A stretch of 44,016 nt of DNA from a virus. The stretch is from positions 1 to 44,016 of the IMG/VR virus record IMGVR_UViG_3300038393_001495. One strand, written 5' to 3'. Under the pieces are notes generated by a model. The model ran no database searches. It was not told the DNA's origin and saw nothing but the letters and a program-made list of their open reading frames with translations. Positions 15,237 through 25,218 of the stretch are shown one piece after another (the stretch's first letter is position 1; every line of letters begins with the position of its first letter). A program made the position numbers and the translations under genes.

Positions 15237-15470
15237 TCAGACGAAGCCGCCCGTCATGAAGTGGACGAGGAGCCACGTCATGAAGGCGAGGAGGAGGAAG
15301 CGCCGGAGCCGTACGGAGCCGGTCACGGGCGGGCGAGGCTTGCCGTTCTCGCCGACGCCGAACCATCGCCACACGTGCTCCGAGAGGGTGTCGCCCTCGC
15401 GCTTGGAGACGAGCGCGTAGCCCTCCAGCACGGCGAAGGCGCCGAGCCAGAGGAGCCAGAGCCACGTCAT
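15237..15470 (-). CDS. membrane protein, holin candidate (77 aa)
   Basis: MTWLWLLWLGAFAVL... and FLLLAFMTWLLVHF hydrophobic segments. ATGA overlap at 15467-15470. Confidence 0.55.
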   Translation of the reverse strand: MTWLWLLWLGAFAVLEGYALVSKREGDTLSEHVWRWFGVGENGKPRPPVTGSVRLRRFLLLAFMTWLLVHFMTGGFV

Positions 15471-15760
15471 GAGGTGACCTTCTGGACGATGGTCAGGGCG
15501 CCGCCGAGGACGGCGACGATGGACGTGCTCGCCGCGAGGAGTTGCGCCGGGGAGACCGTCTTCCGCTCCTCGACCGCCCGGAGGCGCGTGTGGGCGTCGT
15601 GCGGCATGTCGCGCTCCAGCCCCCGGACGCGGTTCTCGTGGTCGGTCAGCGTCTCGCCGTGGTTGTCGAGGCGCTGCGCCTGCTGCGAGGTGGCGAGGTC
15701 GAGTTTCGCTTCGAGGCGGATAGCCCAGGCGGGCATGCCCTCGTCGGTCGGGGTGCTCAT
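15467..15760 (-). CDS. lysis-cassette protein with C-terminal membrane anchor (97 aa)
   Basis: ATGA overlap with the endolysin stop (15757-15760). C-terminal LLAASTSIVAVLGGALTIV. Confidence 0.55.
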   Translation of the reverse strand: MSTPTDEGMPAWAIRLEAKLDLATSQQAQRLDNHGETLTDHENRVRGLERDMPHDAHTRLRAVEERKTVSPAQLLAASTSIVAVLGGALTIVQKVTS

Positions 15761-16776
15761 CGAGTGGCCTTCAGGTGGAGGGTGCGGAGGAGGAACGGGC
15801 CCGGGCTCGTGGCCCACGGCGTCACGCCGAGGCGCTTGTACGCGGCCCGGGTGGCGGCGGCGGTCGCCGTGCCGAAGTAGCGGTCCGCGGCCCGGGCGGC
15901 GGTCAGCCCGTAGCGGTTCGCCGTCTTCGCGCCGAGGTAGGTCCGGAGGGCGCGCTCGTAGGTGAGGACGCTCGCGCCGGAACGCCCGACGCGGAGGCTC
16001 GGGGTGTAAACGCTCGGGCTCGAGTTCGGCTTCGGCTTCGGCGTCACGACGGGGCGCGGCTTCGGCTTCGGCTTCGGAGCGGGCTTCGGCTTCGCGACGG
16101 TCGGCTTCGGGCTCGGCTTCGGCGCCGGAGCGGAGTAGCCGCTCGGGGGCGCCGTGACGACCGTCCCGGGCTGGACCACGTTCGCGTCCGGGATGCGGTT
16201 CCACGAGGCGAGCGCGGCGACCGAGACGCCGAGGGCGACCGCGGCCTTGCCGAGCGTGCCGCCCTTCGGGATGGTGAACGTCCGATGCTTCGCGGGCGCC
16301 GGGGCCTTCACGTCGAGACGGTTGTCGAACGCGCGGAGGATTGCGGCGGCGGTCGATCGGTTCCACGAGTCGCGGTCCGCGTGTCCAGCGAGGCCGGTCT
16401 CGCCGTCGCGGAACTGCTCGACCTGCGCCACGGCGAGCGGAGCCAGGTCGGGACAGTCGGGGTCGATGAGGTGGACGTGGTGGTTCCCGTCCCACCATCG
16501 CCCGAAGGTGAGGAGGAGGACGGAGCGGCCCGTGTTCACGAGCATGTGGAAGTCGGCGAGCGAGAGTCCGTCGGCCTCGATGTCGTAGACGCCGCCGAGG
16601 TCGTGCGTGCCCTTCGAGGCGTCGAGCCCCGGCGAGTAGCACCCTTGGATGGGCCGGAGGTAGACGGCGCCGGTCAGCGCCGCCCACGCCTTCAACTTCG
16701 GGACGGAGTGGACGCACACTCGGCGCCCGCGCCACGTCGTCGTCGCGCATCGGGGTCGGGAGGTGGAACCGCCCAT
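15757..16776 (-). CDS. endolysin: peptidase domain + LysM + Pro/Lys linker + PG-binding domain (339 aa)
   Basis: SKGTHDLGGVYDIEADG peptidase-like motif. LysM-like FTIPKGGTLGKAAVALGVSVAALASWN. PKP repeats. AGGAGG RBS before ATG 16776. Confidence 0.75.
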   Translation of the reverse strand: MGGSTSRPRCATTTWRGRRVCVHSVPKLKAWAALTGAVYLRPIQGCYSPGLDASKGTHDLGGVYDIEADGLSLADFHMLVNTGRSVLLLTFGRWWDGNHHVHLIDPDCPDLAPLAVAQVEQFRDGETGLAGHADRDSWNRSTAAAILRAFDNRLDVKAPAPAKHRTFTIPKGGTLGKAAVALGVSVAALASWNRIPDANVVQPGTVVTAPPSGYSAPAPKPSPKPTVAKPKPAPKPKPKPRPVVTPKPKPNSSPSVYTPSLRVGRSGASVLTYERALRTYLGAKTANRYGLTAARAADRYFGTATAAATRAAYKRLGVTPWATSPGPFLLRTLHLKATR

Positions 16777-16848
16777 GAGGGCCTCCTAGGGGTAGACGAG
16801 GAGCACGCCGCCGAGCGCGAACTCGACGGCGTGCGAAGGAAGTTGGGG

Positions 16849-17772
16849 TCAGGCGTCAGCCGGGAACGAGATGCCCGAGAGCGAGACGGAGGCGTTCGTG
16901 CCGGAGAACAGGGCGTAGATGGTGACGGAGCCGCCACTGAAGACACGCACGTCGGCGAGACCGCCACTCGCCGCGGTGACGAACTGGAGAGTGGAGTCCG
17001 GGCGGTAGCCCGTCGGGAGCACGAAGGGCGGCGAGGTGCTGCTCACGGTGCCGCTCCGAACGAGGCCCTCGACCGTGACGACGCCGTTCTCGCGCTTGTA
17101 GCGCGCCGAGGCGTAGCCCGAGCCGTAGTTCGCCCACGAGTAGCCGAGCGTCGGGTAGGTCCACGCCTGCGACTCGCGCCCGTCCGCCCATCGGTACGTC
17201 GCCGCCGACGAGTCGGCGTTGCGCGTCACGAGCGGAATCCACGTCGGCGGGACCGTGTAGTCCGCCGTGAAGTACGAGATACGGAAGTTGTCCGGGACGG
17301 AGGTCGTGGTCTGGCCGATGGGGGCCTCGTACCAAAGCGTCTGCCACGTGCCGAGCGGGACGATGCCGGAGGCGACGGTGCGAGAGGTGCTCGATGCGTC
17401 GCCGTAGACCGGGATGACCGTGCCGTCCGGGGGCTGCTCGATGTTCCAGTAGCCGCCCGGGTTCATCGGCCCGCGGCCCGTCCCGGTGTGGATGAAGCGC
17501 TGCGACCACGAGACGCCCGTCGAGGACGCCGTGCGGACGCCGCCCCCGGACAGGAGCGCCGCGAAGTTGCGGACGAGGAGTTCCCGGGCGCCGTTCACGG
17601 GCGACCCCAGGACCACGAGCGAGCGGTCGCGGAACTCGCACGCCACGCGGTCGCCGACGCCGAGCGCGTGACCGAGGTTGATGGGCGACGCGGTGACGGC
17701 GAGGTCTTCGCCGTCGAGGGTCACGGTGAGCGGGCCTGTTGTCGTCACGGTGCCGTAGCGGGTGGCAGGCAC
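16849..17772 (-). CDS. tail fibre / receptor-binding-like minor tail protein (307 aa, GTG start)
   Basis: Position after the tail hub genes. Gly/Ser/Thr-rich beta-type sequence. TAGTG 1-nt overlap at 17772. Confidence 0.55.
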   Translation of the reverse strand: MPATRYGTVTTTGPLTVTLDGEDLAVTASPINLGHALGVGDRVACEFRDRSLVVLGSPVNGARELLVRNFAALLSGGGVRTASSTGVSWSQRFIHTGTGRGPMNPGGYWNIEQPPDGTVIPVYGDASSTSRTVASGIVPLGTWQTLWYEAPIGQTTTSVPDNFRISYFTADYTVPPTWIPLVTRNADSSAATYRWADGRESQAWTYPTLGYSWANYGSGYASARYKRENGVVTVEGLVRSGTVSSTSPPFVLPTGYRPDSTLQFVTAASGGLADVRVFSGGSVTIYALFSGTNASVSLSGISFPADA

Positions 17773-18869
17773 TAGACCTCCTGAAGGTGAGCGGTGGCGG
17801 CGGCGAGCCCGTCCTCGGTCAGCGCGACGGCGCGCGCCGCGACGAGGCCCCGGAGGCGCACGTCGGCGGGCTCGTTCGCGAAGACCACGAGGTCGTTCAG
17901 GTCGAGCGGGACGAGCCAGTGAGAGAGGGTGACCGTCTTCGCGGCCTGCGTCGCCTCGGCGAGGCGCCGACGGGCCAGGGCGTCGAGGGTCGCGAAGTCC
18001 ACGGCCTCGACGGTCTCCGGCGCCCGGTCAATCCATCGCCCGCGGACGGGCTGCGAGTAGGGGCTCATGAGGTCTTCGTTCGTCGCGACGGCGACGAGCG
18101 GGGGCGTGTCGCCGGACGTGCGCCCGATGACCGTTACGCGGTTCGGGATGTCGAAGGTGTCGCCCTCGACCTCGAACTCGGGCTCGTAGATGGACGCCTG
18201 TCCGTCCTCGAAGGTCCAGCGGGCCACACGGTCCGTCGGGAGGTAGTGCGGGCTGGACGTGTAAACGCCGTAGCCGTCGGTCGCGAGAGGCCAGAAATTG
18301 CAGGCTTCGAGGAGGTCGTTCACGATGCGGAGGCGCGTCGTCCCGGGCTCCCACACCATCGCGACCTGAAGTTGGGCCACGGAGTCCACGAGGGCGACCA
18401 TCCCGTCCGGGATGCCCGCGGCGGACAGGATGAGGCGGACCTCCGCCGTCGGGTAGGCGCCCTGCGGGAGGGAGAACGTCGTCGGCGTCTTGTCGTCCAC
18501 GAGCACCTTCAGCCCGTCGAAGAGCCCGACGGTCTGCTCCTGCGAGCCGTCCGTCCAGCGCTGCGCGGGCACGTCCGGGATGAAGACGCCGAGAGGCCAC
18601 TCCGCCGCCGAGCCGTCCGGGAAGACCGCCTCGTAGACAGGCTGGAGGCGGACCGTCTTCCAGTCCGGCGCGGACAGGCCCGCCCACTGGAGCGAGCCTG
18701 TCCCGAGGATGTCGCGCGAGTTGTCCCACGAGAGGGACAGAGACGCCGCCCCGTCCAGAGGACCGAGCGGCGTCCCGTCGAGGGCGAGCATCTCGACGCG
18801 CCAGGACTCCGCCCGGGGCCCCGTGAGCGGGTCGCCGACGCCGAGCGTCATGGGGATGGTGACTGTCAC
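17772..18869 (-). CDS. minor tail protein (365 aa, GTG start)
   Basis: GTG 18869 lies 5 nt after GAAAGGGG. The upstream 435 codons of track ORF 17772..20174 are a shadow frame of the preceding gene. Confidence 0.65.
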   Translation of the reverse strand: MTVTIPMTLGVGDPLTGPRAESWRVEMLALDGTPLGPLDGAASLSLSWDNSRDILGTGSLQWAGLSAPDWKTVRLQPVYEAVFPDGSAAEWPLGVFIPDVPAQRWTDGSQEQTVGLFDGLKVLVDDKTPTTFSLPQGAYPTAEVRLILSAAGIPDGMVALVDSVAQLQVAMVWEPGTTRLRIVNDLLEACNFWPLATDGYGVYTSSPHYLPTDRVARWTFEDGQASIYEPEFEVEGDTFDIPNRVTVIGRTSGDTPPLVAVATNEDLMSPYSQPVRGRWIDRAPETVEAVDFATLDALARRRLAEATQAAKTVTLSHWLVPLDLNDLVVFANEPADVRLRGLVAARAVALTEDGLAAATAHLQEV

Positions 18870-18880
18870 GGGGGCCCCTT

Positions 18881-21697
18881 TCAGAGCGTGGTGGAAGAGA
18901 CGACGGGCTCCTCGTAGTCGATGCCGGACATGGACCACGACACGGAGCGGACCGAGCCGACTCCGAGGCCGGAGATGCGGACCGGCGCCATCGAGACGAA
19001 GAGGCGGTTCCCGTCCGGGTCGCGGAAGCACGCGGGCGAGTAGGACAGGGCGAAGCGCGAGATGTCCTGCCACGACGAGGACTCCGCGGCCCGCTCCTGC
19101 GAGCGGTCCGGGCGCCAGAGCGTCGCGGACACGGAGACCTCCGTCGAGACCTGCTGCCCGTCGAACGGGACCGGGTAGTCGCGCCCCGCGGCGCGGCGAA
19201 GCGCACGCGAGCGGCCCTGCGTGAGGTCCACGGCGACGTTCGAGTTCACGCGCACGAAGTCGCCGAAGCCAGGGCCCGCGTTCACGAAGAGGTGCTTCAC
19301 GCCGGACGTGAAGACCTCGACCGGCGCGGACTCGCCGAACGCACCCATCGCCGTCTCCACGACCGCCTTGTAGCGGTTCGAGGCGTTCAGCGCCGGGATG
19401 GCGTCCGTGACGGCGAAGGTGCTCGGCTGCGCCTGCGTGCCCGCGAAGTAGGAACCGAGGGTGTCGCTCTGCTCCACCATCGCGGCGTCCACGTCGTAAG
19501 TCGCATTGACCGGCACGCCGCCCGAGGTGGGCTTCAGCACGGCGAAGAGGCGGACGAGCGTCGCGGTAGCGGGCGCCGTGTCCGTCACGGCGATGCGGCG
19601 CCACTCGCCCGCGGGAACGCCCGAGACGACGGTGTGCGCGCTCGTCGTCAGGAAGGCGCCGCCCGCGTACCACTGGAGCCAAACGTCCATCGTGGAAGTA
19701 GCGCCGAGCGCCGCCGAGCCGCGGAGCGAGAGCGAGCCCGTCCAGACCTCGCCGGGATTGACCGTCGCCGAGGGCGCCGTCCACACGTAGTTCCCTGCCG
19801 CCACGGAGGCATCCGTGGACGTGTAGCGGAGCACGTAGCCGCCATCGACCGCGGTCGCATCGGCGACGCGCGCGATGGTGCCGCGAGTGCCCGCCCATCC
19901 CGTCGCGTCCGTCTCGAACGAGGGGTTCGTGACGATGTTCACGCGGGACGGGAGCGGGGTCGGAACGATGTCGTCGGCGATGAGCGCCCACGGTCCGCCG
20001 TCGATGGACCGCCAGACCTCGGCGGTGTCCACGGGCACCTCGACGCCGGACGGGACCGGGACCGTGACGTAGACCGACGAGGACGCGGACTCGACATCGA
20101 ACTCGGCGGACACGACCGGCGTCGGGAGGACCGCGAAGTCCACGGTGAAGGCCACGGAGTCCGCGGCGGACCACAGTCCCGTCGAGTCGCGCACGACGAC
20201 ATCGACGGAGTACGCGCCGCCGTCGGCGACCCGAGTCGCGAAGCGGACGGATGTCGTGCTGTCAGCCCCGGCGAGGGACTCCAGCACGGAGCCGTCGCCT
20301 GCGTAGAGCGTCGCCTTCCACGCGGTCTGAACCTGTCCCTCGGCGTCGCCGTAGGTCCAGTCCAGGCGGACACGCGCCGAGTCCCACGGCGTCGCCTCGG
20401 TCGGGCCCGTGATGGTCGCGACGGGTCGCGTGGACAGGGTGAGCGTGCCGGACGCGGACCACGCCGAGGCGGTCGCGTGCTGGCCCCACGTGCGGACCTG
20501 CCACTCGATTGTCTGCCCGTTCGTCCACGTGTTCGCCGCGAAGAGTCGCGAGGACGCGGTGGACGTGACCTTGCCCGTCGAGGTCCACGTCGTCGTCGCG
20601 ACCGGGCGCCATTGAATCTCGTAGGCGGACTGGTCGGTCGTGTCGAGCGGGTTGTGGGTCCAGACGAAGAGGGCGGTCTCCGCGGCCTCCTGCGCCACGC
20701 CGGACGGAGACAGTCCGGTCGGCGCCGAGGGCGGCGTCAGGGGCGTGACGCCGACCGATGTCGCGCCGTTCGCCGAGTAGAGCGTCGGCACGCTCGACAC
20801 GGCGCGGAGGCGGTAGGTGTGCGTCTGCGTCGAGTTCGGCGCGACATGCGTCCACGAGGTCGTCCCGTACGCGACGAGGGCGAGACGCGCTGCGTCCCAC
20901 ACGCCGTTCGCCGCGTGCCAGACCTCCCAGCCTCCGGTCGAGACCGGAGACAGGGTAGGCCGGGTCACGGTGATGTCGCCCGAGGTCGTCTTCTTGACCG
21001 TGGGCGCCCCGGGTGCGGCGGGGGTCGTGGAGATGTTGGGGGCGTAGGCGTAGGCCGAGTAGCCGCCCGTGTTCTTCGCGCGGACGGCGTACGTGTAAAC
21101 GCGGTCCGCGCGTGTCTTCGTGTCCGTCCACGAGGTCGTCGTCCCGGTGACCGTCGCGACCGCGACGAGCGAGGTCGAGATGTTGTCCTTGCGGTAGACG
21201 ATCTGCTGGTCATACGGCGCCGAGGATGTCGCCTGTCGCGACCACGAGACCTTCTGCGAGGTGTCGGAGATGCGAGAGGTCGAGAGGGAGATGGGCGGGG
21301 CCGGAGCCGCGACGGCGAGTTTCGGGACCGTGAACGTGGTCGAGACCGTGGCCTCGGTTCCCGGGTACGCCGCGTAGGACTTGACGCGGACCGAAGCGGC
21401 CTTCGCCTGCGTCGAGGTCGTGAGCGTGACCGTCGTCGTGGTCGTGCCCATGAGTTTGTAGCCCATCGCGGACAGGCTCCAGTCCGTGTTACCGGAGCCG
21501 TCCGTGACGCCCGAGCCCGTGATGTACCACGTGCTGCCCGAGGAGTATTCGCTCGATGCGTAGCGCGTCTGGAGGTACGCCTTCGTCGTGAGCGTGACCT
21601 TCGTCGTACTCGCCGTGATGGTGCTCGGCGACATGACGACCTCGACTCCCGCCCGGAGGCGGTTGTTCGAGGACCATGCGCCCCACGAGATAGCCAT
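18881..21697 (-). CDS. large minor tail protein (distal-tail-like) with FN3-like repeats and a carbohydrate-binding-like insert (938 aa)
   Basis: Several W..V...T.Y.Y.V.A FN3-like units. NPSFETDATGW-type segment. Position directly after the tape measure gene. Confidence 0.65.
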   Translation of the reverse strand: MAISWGAWSSNNRLRAGVEVVMSPSTITASTTKVTLTTKAYLQTRYASSEYSSGSTWYITGSGVTDGSGNTDWSLSAMGYKLMGTTTTTVTLTTSTQAKAASVRVKSYAAYPGTEATVSTTFTVPKLAVAAPAPPISLSTSRISDTSQKVSWSRQATSSAPYDQQIVYRKDNISTSLVAVATVTGTTTSWTDTKTRADRVYTYAVRAKNTGGYSAYAYAPNISTTPAAPGAPTVKKTTSGDITVTRPTLSPVSTGGWEVWHAANGVWDAARLALVAYGTTSWTHVAPNSTQTHTYRLRAVSSVPTLYSANGATSVGVTPLTPPSAPTGLSPSGVAQEAAETALFVWTHNPLDTTDQSAYEIQWRPVATTTWTSTGKVTSTASSRLFAANTWTNGQTIEWQVRTWGQHATASAWSASGTLTLSTRPVATITGPTEATPWDSARVRLDWTYGDAEGQVQTAWKATLYAGDGSVLESLAGADSTTSVRFATRVADGGAYSVDVVVRDSTGLWSAADSVAFTVDFAVLPTPVVSAEFDVESASSSVYVTVPVPSGVEVPVDTAEVWRSIDGGPWALIADDIVPTPLPSRVNIVTNPSFETDATGWAGTRGTIARVADATAVDGGYVLRYTSTDASVAAGNYVWTAPSATVNPGEVWTGSLSLRGSAALGATSTMDVWLQWYAGGAFLTTSAHTVVSGVPAGEWRRIAVTDTAPATATLVRLFAVLKPTSGGVPVNATYDVDAAMVEQSDTLGSYFAGTQAQPSTFAVTDAIPALNASNRYKAVVETAMGAFGESAPVEVFTSGVKHLFVNAGPGFGDFVRVNSNVAVDLTQGRSRALRRAAGRDYPVPFDGQQVSTEVSVSATLWRPDRSQERAAESSSWQDISRFALSYSPACFRDPDGNRLFVSMAPVRISGLGVGSVRSVSWSMSGIDYEEPVVSSTTL

Positions 21698-21717
21698 GCG
21701 TGAGACCTCCTAGGGGG

Positions 21718-24468
21718 TCAGATACGGGCCCGGGCGTCGAGGCGAGCGAGCCGCGCGTTCTGCGCGAGGCCACGCTCGACGGCGCCGGGAATGGAGTGGA
21801 GAGAACGGAGTTCGCCCGCGAGGGCCAGGAGCGCCGAGGCGATGGCCTCCGAGTCGCCGGAGCCGCCGCCCTGCCCGAGGGCCCCGAGGCGCTTCCCGGT
21901 CTCCTCCCAGATGGCGAGCGAGCGGTCGCGCTTCGCCGGGTGGAGCGGGATGTACGCCTCGCCCCCGGTCTCGGGCTCGGCCCAGAGGCGCATAGCCCCC
22001 GCGGGGGCGATCTGCGCGACGTGGTTCTCCGAGCCGTTCGCGAAGGCGGTCACGCCTCCGTTCGCGTAGGCGGTGATGCCGCCGTTCGCGTAGGCGTCGT
22101 CCGGGTTCTGAAGGTTGCCAGCGAGTTTCGCCGTGTTCTGGAGGCGCTGCTTGACCGTGATGGTGACGGTCTTCGACCGAATCGCCGCCATCGTGTCCTT
22201 CAGGAGTTGCGCTCGGCGCTGCGCGGTCTCCGAGGCCAGGTCCACGTTCGTCTTGATGGACTTCGGAATCTGGAGGTACTTGTCGATGAGCCGCTGCGCC
22301 TCGGCCTTCGTGAGCCCCGCCTGACGCATCGAGTCATAGAGGGCCTTCCGGCCCGCCTCGATGACGCCGTTCGCCTTCACGTTGGAGCCCGTGGCCTTCT
22401 GGACCTCGGACGCCTCGCGGAGTTTCGCCTCGGCGTAGGAGCGCACGGAGTCGCGAGCGGCGAGCGCCTTGTCGGAGTTGCCCTTCAGGTTGCCGTTCGA
22501 CTCGCGGACCGCCTTGTTCGCTTCCTTCAGGCGCTTTGTGGCGGCGTCGTGCGCGCCCTCCAGCGAGAGGGTCTGCGTGATAGCGGCGTCCGCGGCGGTC
22601 TTCCACGCTTCGAGCGCGGCCTTCTGCTCCTCGATGTAGTCCGTCGCCGTGTAAACCCTCCCGGCGTAGTCGCCCTGCGCCCGGGAGCCCTCGGCCACAA
22701 CCTCGTTGTGCTGCTGCTGCGCGACCTTCGCGTTCTTCAGCGCCTCGCCGGAGTCGCCGACGTTGTTCTTGAACTTCAGGTAGGCGACGTTGAGGTCCGT
22801 CATCGTGGAGGCGTCGGCCTGATCGGCGTTCACCTTCGCGAGTTGCGCCTTCATCGCGGCGTCGTGCGCGGGCTCGATCTTCGCGAGCGCGTCGCCGTAC
22901 CCGAGGTAGGCGTCCACGACATCGTTCGTCGAGAGGCCGAGCATCCTGCCCTGCTCGATGGCGCCCTCGTCCTGCGCCTTCTTCAGCGCGACGAGGCGCA
23001 CGTTCTCCGTGATGGCGCCGTTCGACTCGATGAGGGCGTCCGTGTAGTTCGAGGTCGCCGTCGCGACCGCCTGATTCCGCTCGGCGAACGCCGAGTAGAC
23101 GGCGGTCGCCGCGCCGATGGCAATCGAGATGATGCCCATAGACGCCTGAAGGCCACGCGCCCCGCGGCTCGCGGTCTCCATGCCCGCGCCCGCGGCTGCT
23201 GCCGAGGTGGCGGTCTTCTGGAAGAACGTCGGGATGAACGAGAGCGCGCGGTAGGCCACGAACGCCGTGTAGGCCGAGCCCGCCGCGACCGCGACGACCT
23301 GAAGGATGGTCGGGTCAATCGCGTTGATGGCCGAGGCGATTCCGTTCAGCGCGTCGAGGACGACGCCGCCGAGCGGCGAGGCTGCGGCGGCGATGTTGCC
23401 GACCGCCATCACGAGGGACTCGACCGTCGAGATGACCGACGGGAGGACGCCCGCCACGTAGTCCACGAAGGACTTGAAGCCCTCGCCCTGCGCGCCATCG
23501 TTCAGGCGGCGGGAGAGGTCCACGACGTACGCCGCGACCTCGCGGATGACCGGGCGGAACGTCTCGAAGGCGGTCAGGGCGGCGTCGATGAGGTTCGTCG
23601 CGCTCTGCCCGAGGTAGGTCGTCATCTCCGAGAGGAGCGGCGTCAGGGCGCCAGTGTGGGACTTCAGCGTCGCGATGATCTGCGTCAGCGAGCCGAAGAA
23701 CGCCTCGGCGCCCGAGTGCGTGATGCCGTCGAGGACGCCCTTCGCGTCATCGAGCGCGGACTTGTAGCGGAGCCCGAGGGAGGTTCCCTCCTCCATCTCG
23801 CGCTTGATGCCGAGGACGGCGAGCACGCCCGCCGCGCCCATCGCGCCGAAGCCCGCCGCGAGACCGACGGCGGCGGCGCCGACCGGGGCGATGGCAGGGC
23901 CGAGAATGCCGATGGCGGCGGCGAGCGGGTTGATGCCCTTCGTCTCGGCGTCCTTCGAGGAGCGCTCGATCTTCTTCGCAGCGGCCTCGGCCTCGGCGCC
24001 CGCCCGCGCCATGTCGTCGGCGAGGGCCTTCTCGGCGTCCGAGGCTTCGCGAGCCGCGGCCTCCAGGTTGCGCCGGGCGACCGTGACGGCGCGCTCGGCA
24101 GACAGGACCGAGGACGCCTTCGCCTTGCCGTTCTCGCGGACCTCGGCGAGGCGCGTCTCCGCGATAACGAGGCGGTCGTTCGCGTCCCGCACCTTGTCCG
24201 ACGCCTCCGACATCGCCGCGCCCATGCGGTCGAAGTCGCGGCTCGATGTCGTCGCCGTGACGTGGAGCGCGCGCCCCGCGCGGTCGGCCTCTTCGCCGAC
24301 GGCGCGGAGGCGAGCGACTGCCTCCTCCGCGTTCACGTCGATGTCGATGTCCGGGGACTTGCCATCGAGGGCCTCCGCCGCGACGCCCGCGCGGCGGAGT
24401 TCCTCGTGCCACTGCGTCGCGTCCAGGCGGAGGTAACCGACGAGGGTTCCTGCGGTCGCTTCACTCAT
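21718..24468 (-). CDS. tape measure protein (916 aa)
   Basis: Length, Ala/Gly-rich helical sequence with central hydrophobic segments, and position after the chaperone pair. Confidence 0.85.
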   Translation of the reverse strand: MSEATAGTLVGYLRLDATQWHEELRRAGVAAEALDGKSPDIDIDVNAEEAVARLRAVGEEADRAGRALHVTATTSSRDFDRMGAAMSEASDKVRDANDRLVIAETRLAEVRENGKAKASSVLSAERAVTVARRNLEAAAREASDAEKALADDMARAGAEAEAAAKKIERSSKDAETKGINPLAAAIGILGPAIAPVGAAAVGLAAGFGAMGAAGVLAVLGIKREMEEGTSLGLRYKSALDDAKGVLDGITHSGAEAFFGSLTQIIATLKSHTGALTPLLSEMTTYLGQSATNLIDAALTAFETFRPVIREVAAYVVDLSRRLNDGAQGEGFKSFVDYVAGVLPSVISTVESLVMAVGNIAAAASPLGGVVLDALNGIASAINAIDPTILQVVAVAAGSAYTAFVAYRALSFIPTFFQKTATSAAAAGAGMETASRGARGLQASMGIISIAIGAATAVYSAFAERNQAVATATSNYTDALIESNGAITENVRLVALKKAQDEGAIEQGRMLGLSTNDVVDAYLGYGDALAKIEPAHDAAMKAQLAKVNADQADASTMTDLNVAYLKFKNNVGDSGEALKNAKVAQQQHNEVVAEGSRAQGDYAGRVYTATDYIEEQKAALEAWKTAADAAITQTLSLEGAHDAATKRLKEANKAVRESNGNLKGNSDKALAARDSVRSYAEAKLREASEVQKATGSNVKANGVIEAGRKALYDSMRQAGLTKAEAQRLIDKYLQIPKSIKTNVDLASETAQRRAQLLKDTMAAIRSKTVTITVKQRLQNTAKLAGNLQNPDDAYANGGITAYANGGVTAFANGSENHVAQIAPAGAMRLWAEPETGGEAYIPLHPAKRDRSLAIWEETGKRLGALGQGGGSGDSEAIASALLALAGELRSLHSIPGAVERGLAQNARLARLDARARI

Positions 24469-24949
24469 TGGGGGCTCCTTCGGGAGAGGTGTCGGCCTCC
24501 TCCCGGAAGTGCCGAGCGAGGCGGGTGTCCGCCGCGAGGAGCCCCGCGACGAGAGAGGAGAACTCGCGCCACGTCAGGGCGTCGAACTCCGAGGAGAGGC
24601 GGGCGCCGTACTCACTGCGCCAGTCCGCCTCGATGAGTGCCCACGCCTCTAGGAGTTGGGCCCAGCCGACTCGGCCTCCGCCTTCGGCGCTGTGCGCCTC
24701 GTGCTTCGCCGGGAGGTCGTACCACTCGTAGAGGCCGGTCTCGGGGTCGAACTCGCCTCGTCCGTAGTCGTGGAGGGCGTCGAGTCCTTCAGGATTGCCG
24801 CGACCCGCGCGGCCATCCGTTCCGGGTCGATGCCGCCCTCCCAGACGACCTCCGCGACGGCGCGGCCCTGCTGGTAGTCGGCGAGCGCGGTCAGCCCCGC
24901 GCGAGCGATAGCGCTCATCGGCACGTCGTCGGCGACCATCTCGTCCCAC
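24461..24949 (-). CDS. tail assembly chaperone -1 frame extension (T part; open frame, no own start)
   Basis: The -1 frame relative to 24649..25137 becomes coding-like from about 24800 (LDALHDYGRGEFDPETGLYEWYDL...) and ends 8 nt inside the tape measure gene. Confidence 0.5.
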   Translation of the reverse strand: MGRDGRRRRADERYRSRGADRARRLPAGPRRRGGRLGGRHRPGTDGRAGRGNPEGLDALHDYGRGEFDPETGLYEWYDLPAKHEAHSAEGGGRVGWAQLLEAWALIEADWRSEYGARLSSEFDALTWREFSSLVAGLLAADTRLARHFREEADTSPEGAPNE

Positions 24950-25137
24950 GCGGAGCCGAGGAGGGCCTTCCAGAGGTCCATGCCCGAGAGGCTCGCGAGT
25001 TCGGGAACGTCGTCGCCCTTCGCGAGGCCGAGGAGTTGGATACCGAGCCGCGCCGGGACAGGCGGCACCTCGTACGTCTTGCCGTCGATGGGGAGGCGGA
25101 GCGGGTCCGCGAACTCCCGAAAGTCCTTGAATGCCAT
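24649..25137 (-). CDS. tail assembly chaperone (G frame, 162 aa to first stop)
   Basis: ATG 25137 (MAFKDFREF). Position between the major tail protein and tape measure genes. The last 45 or so codons look non-coding (Ser/Thr/Arg-rich, poorer third positions). Confidence 0.6.
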   Translation of the reverse strand: MAFKDFREFADPLRLPIDGKTYEVPPVPARLGIQLLGLAKGDDVPELASLSGMDLWKALLGSAWDEMVADDVPMSAIARAGLTALADYQQGRAVAEVVWEGGIDPERMAARVAAILKDSTPSTTTDEASSTPRPASTSGTTSRRSTRRTAPKAEAESAGPNS

Positions 25138-25218
25138 GCGTTTACATCCTTCTCTCGCCGTGGGTAGCCGTGAGAGAGGCGGGAGCGCCACGGCTAAGCG
25201 CTCCCGCCTCTAGGTGGG

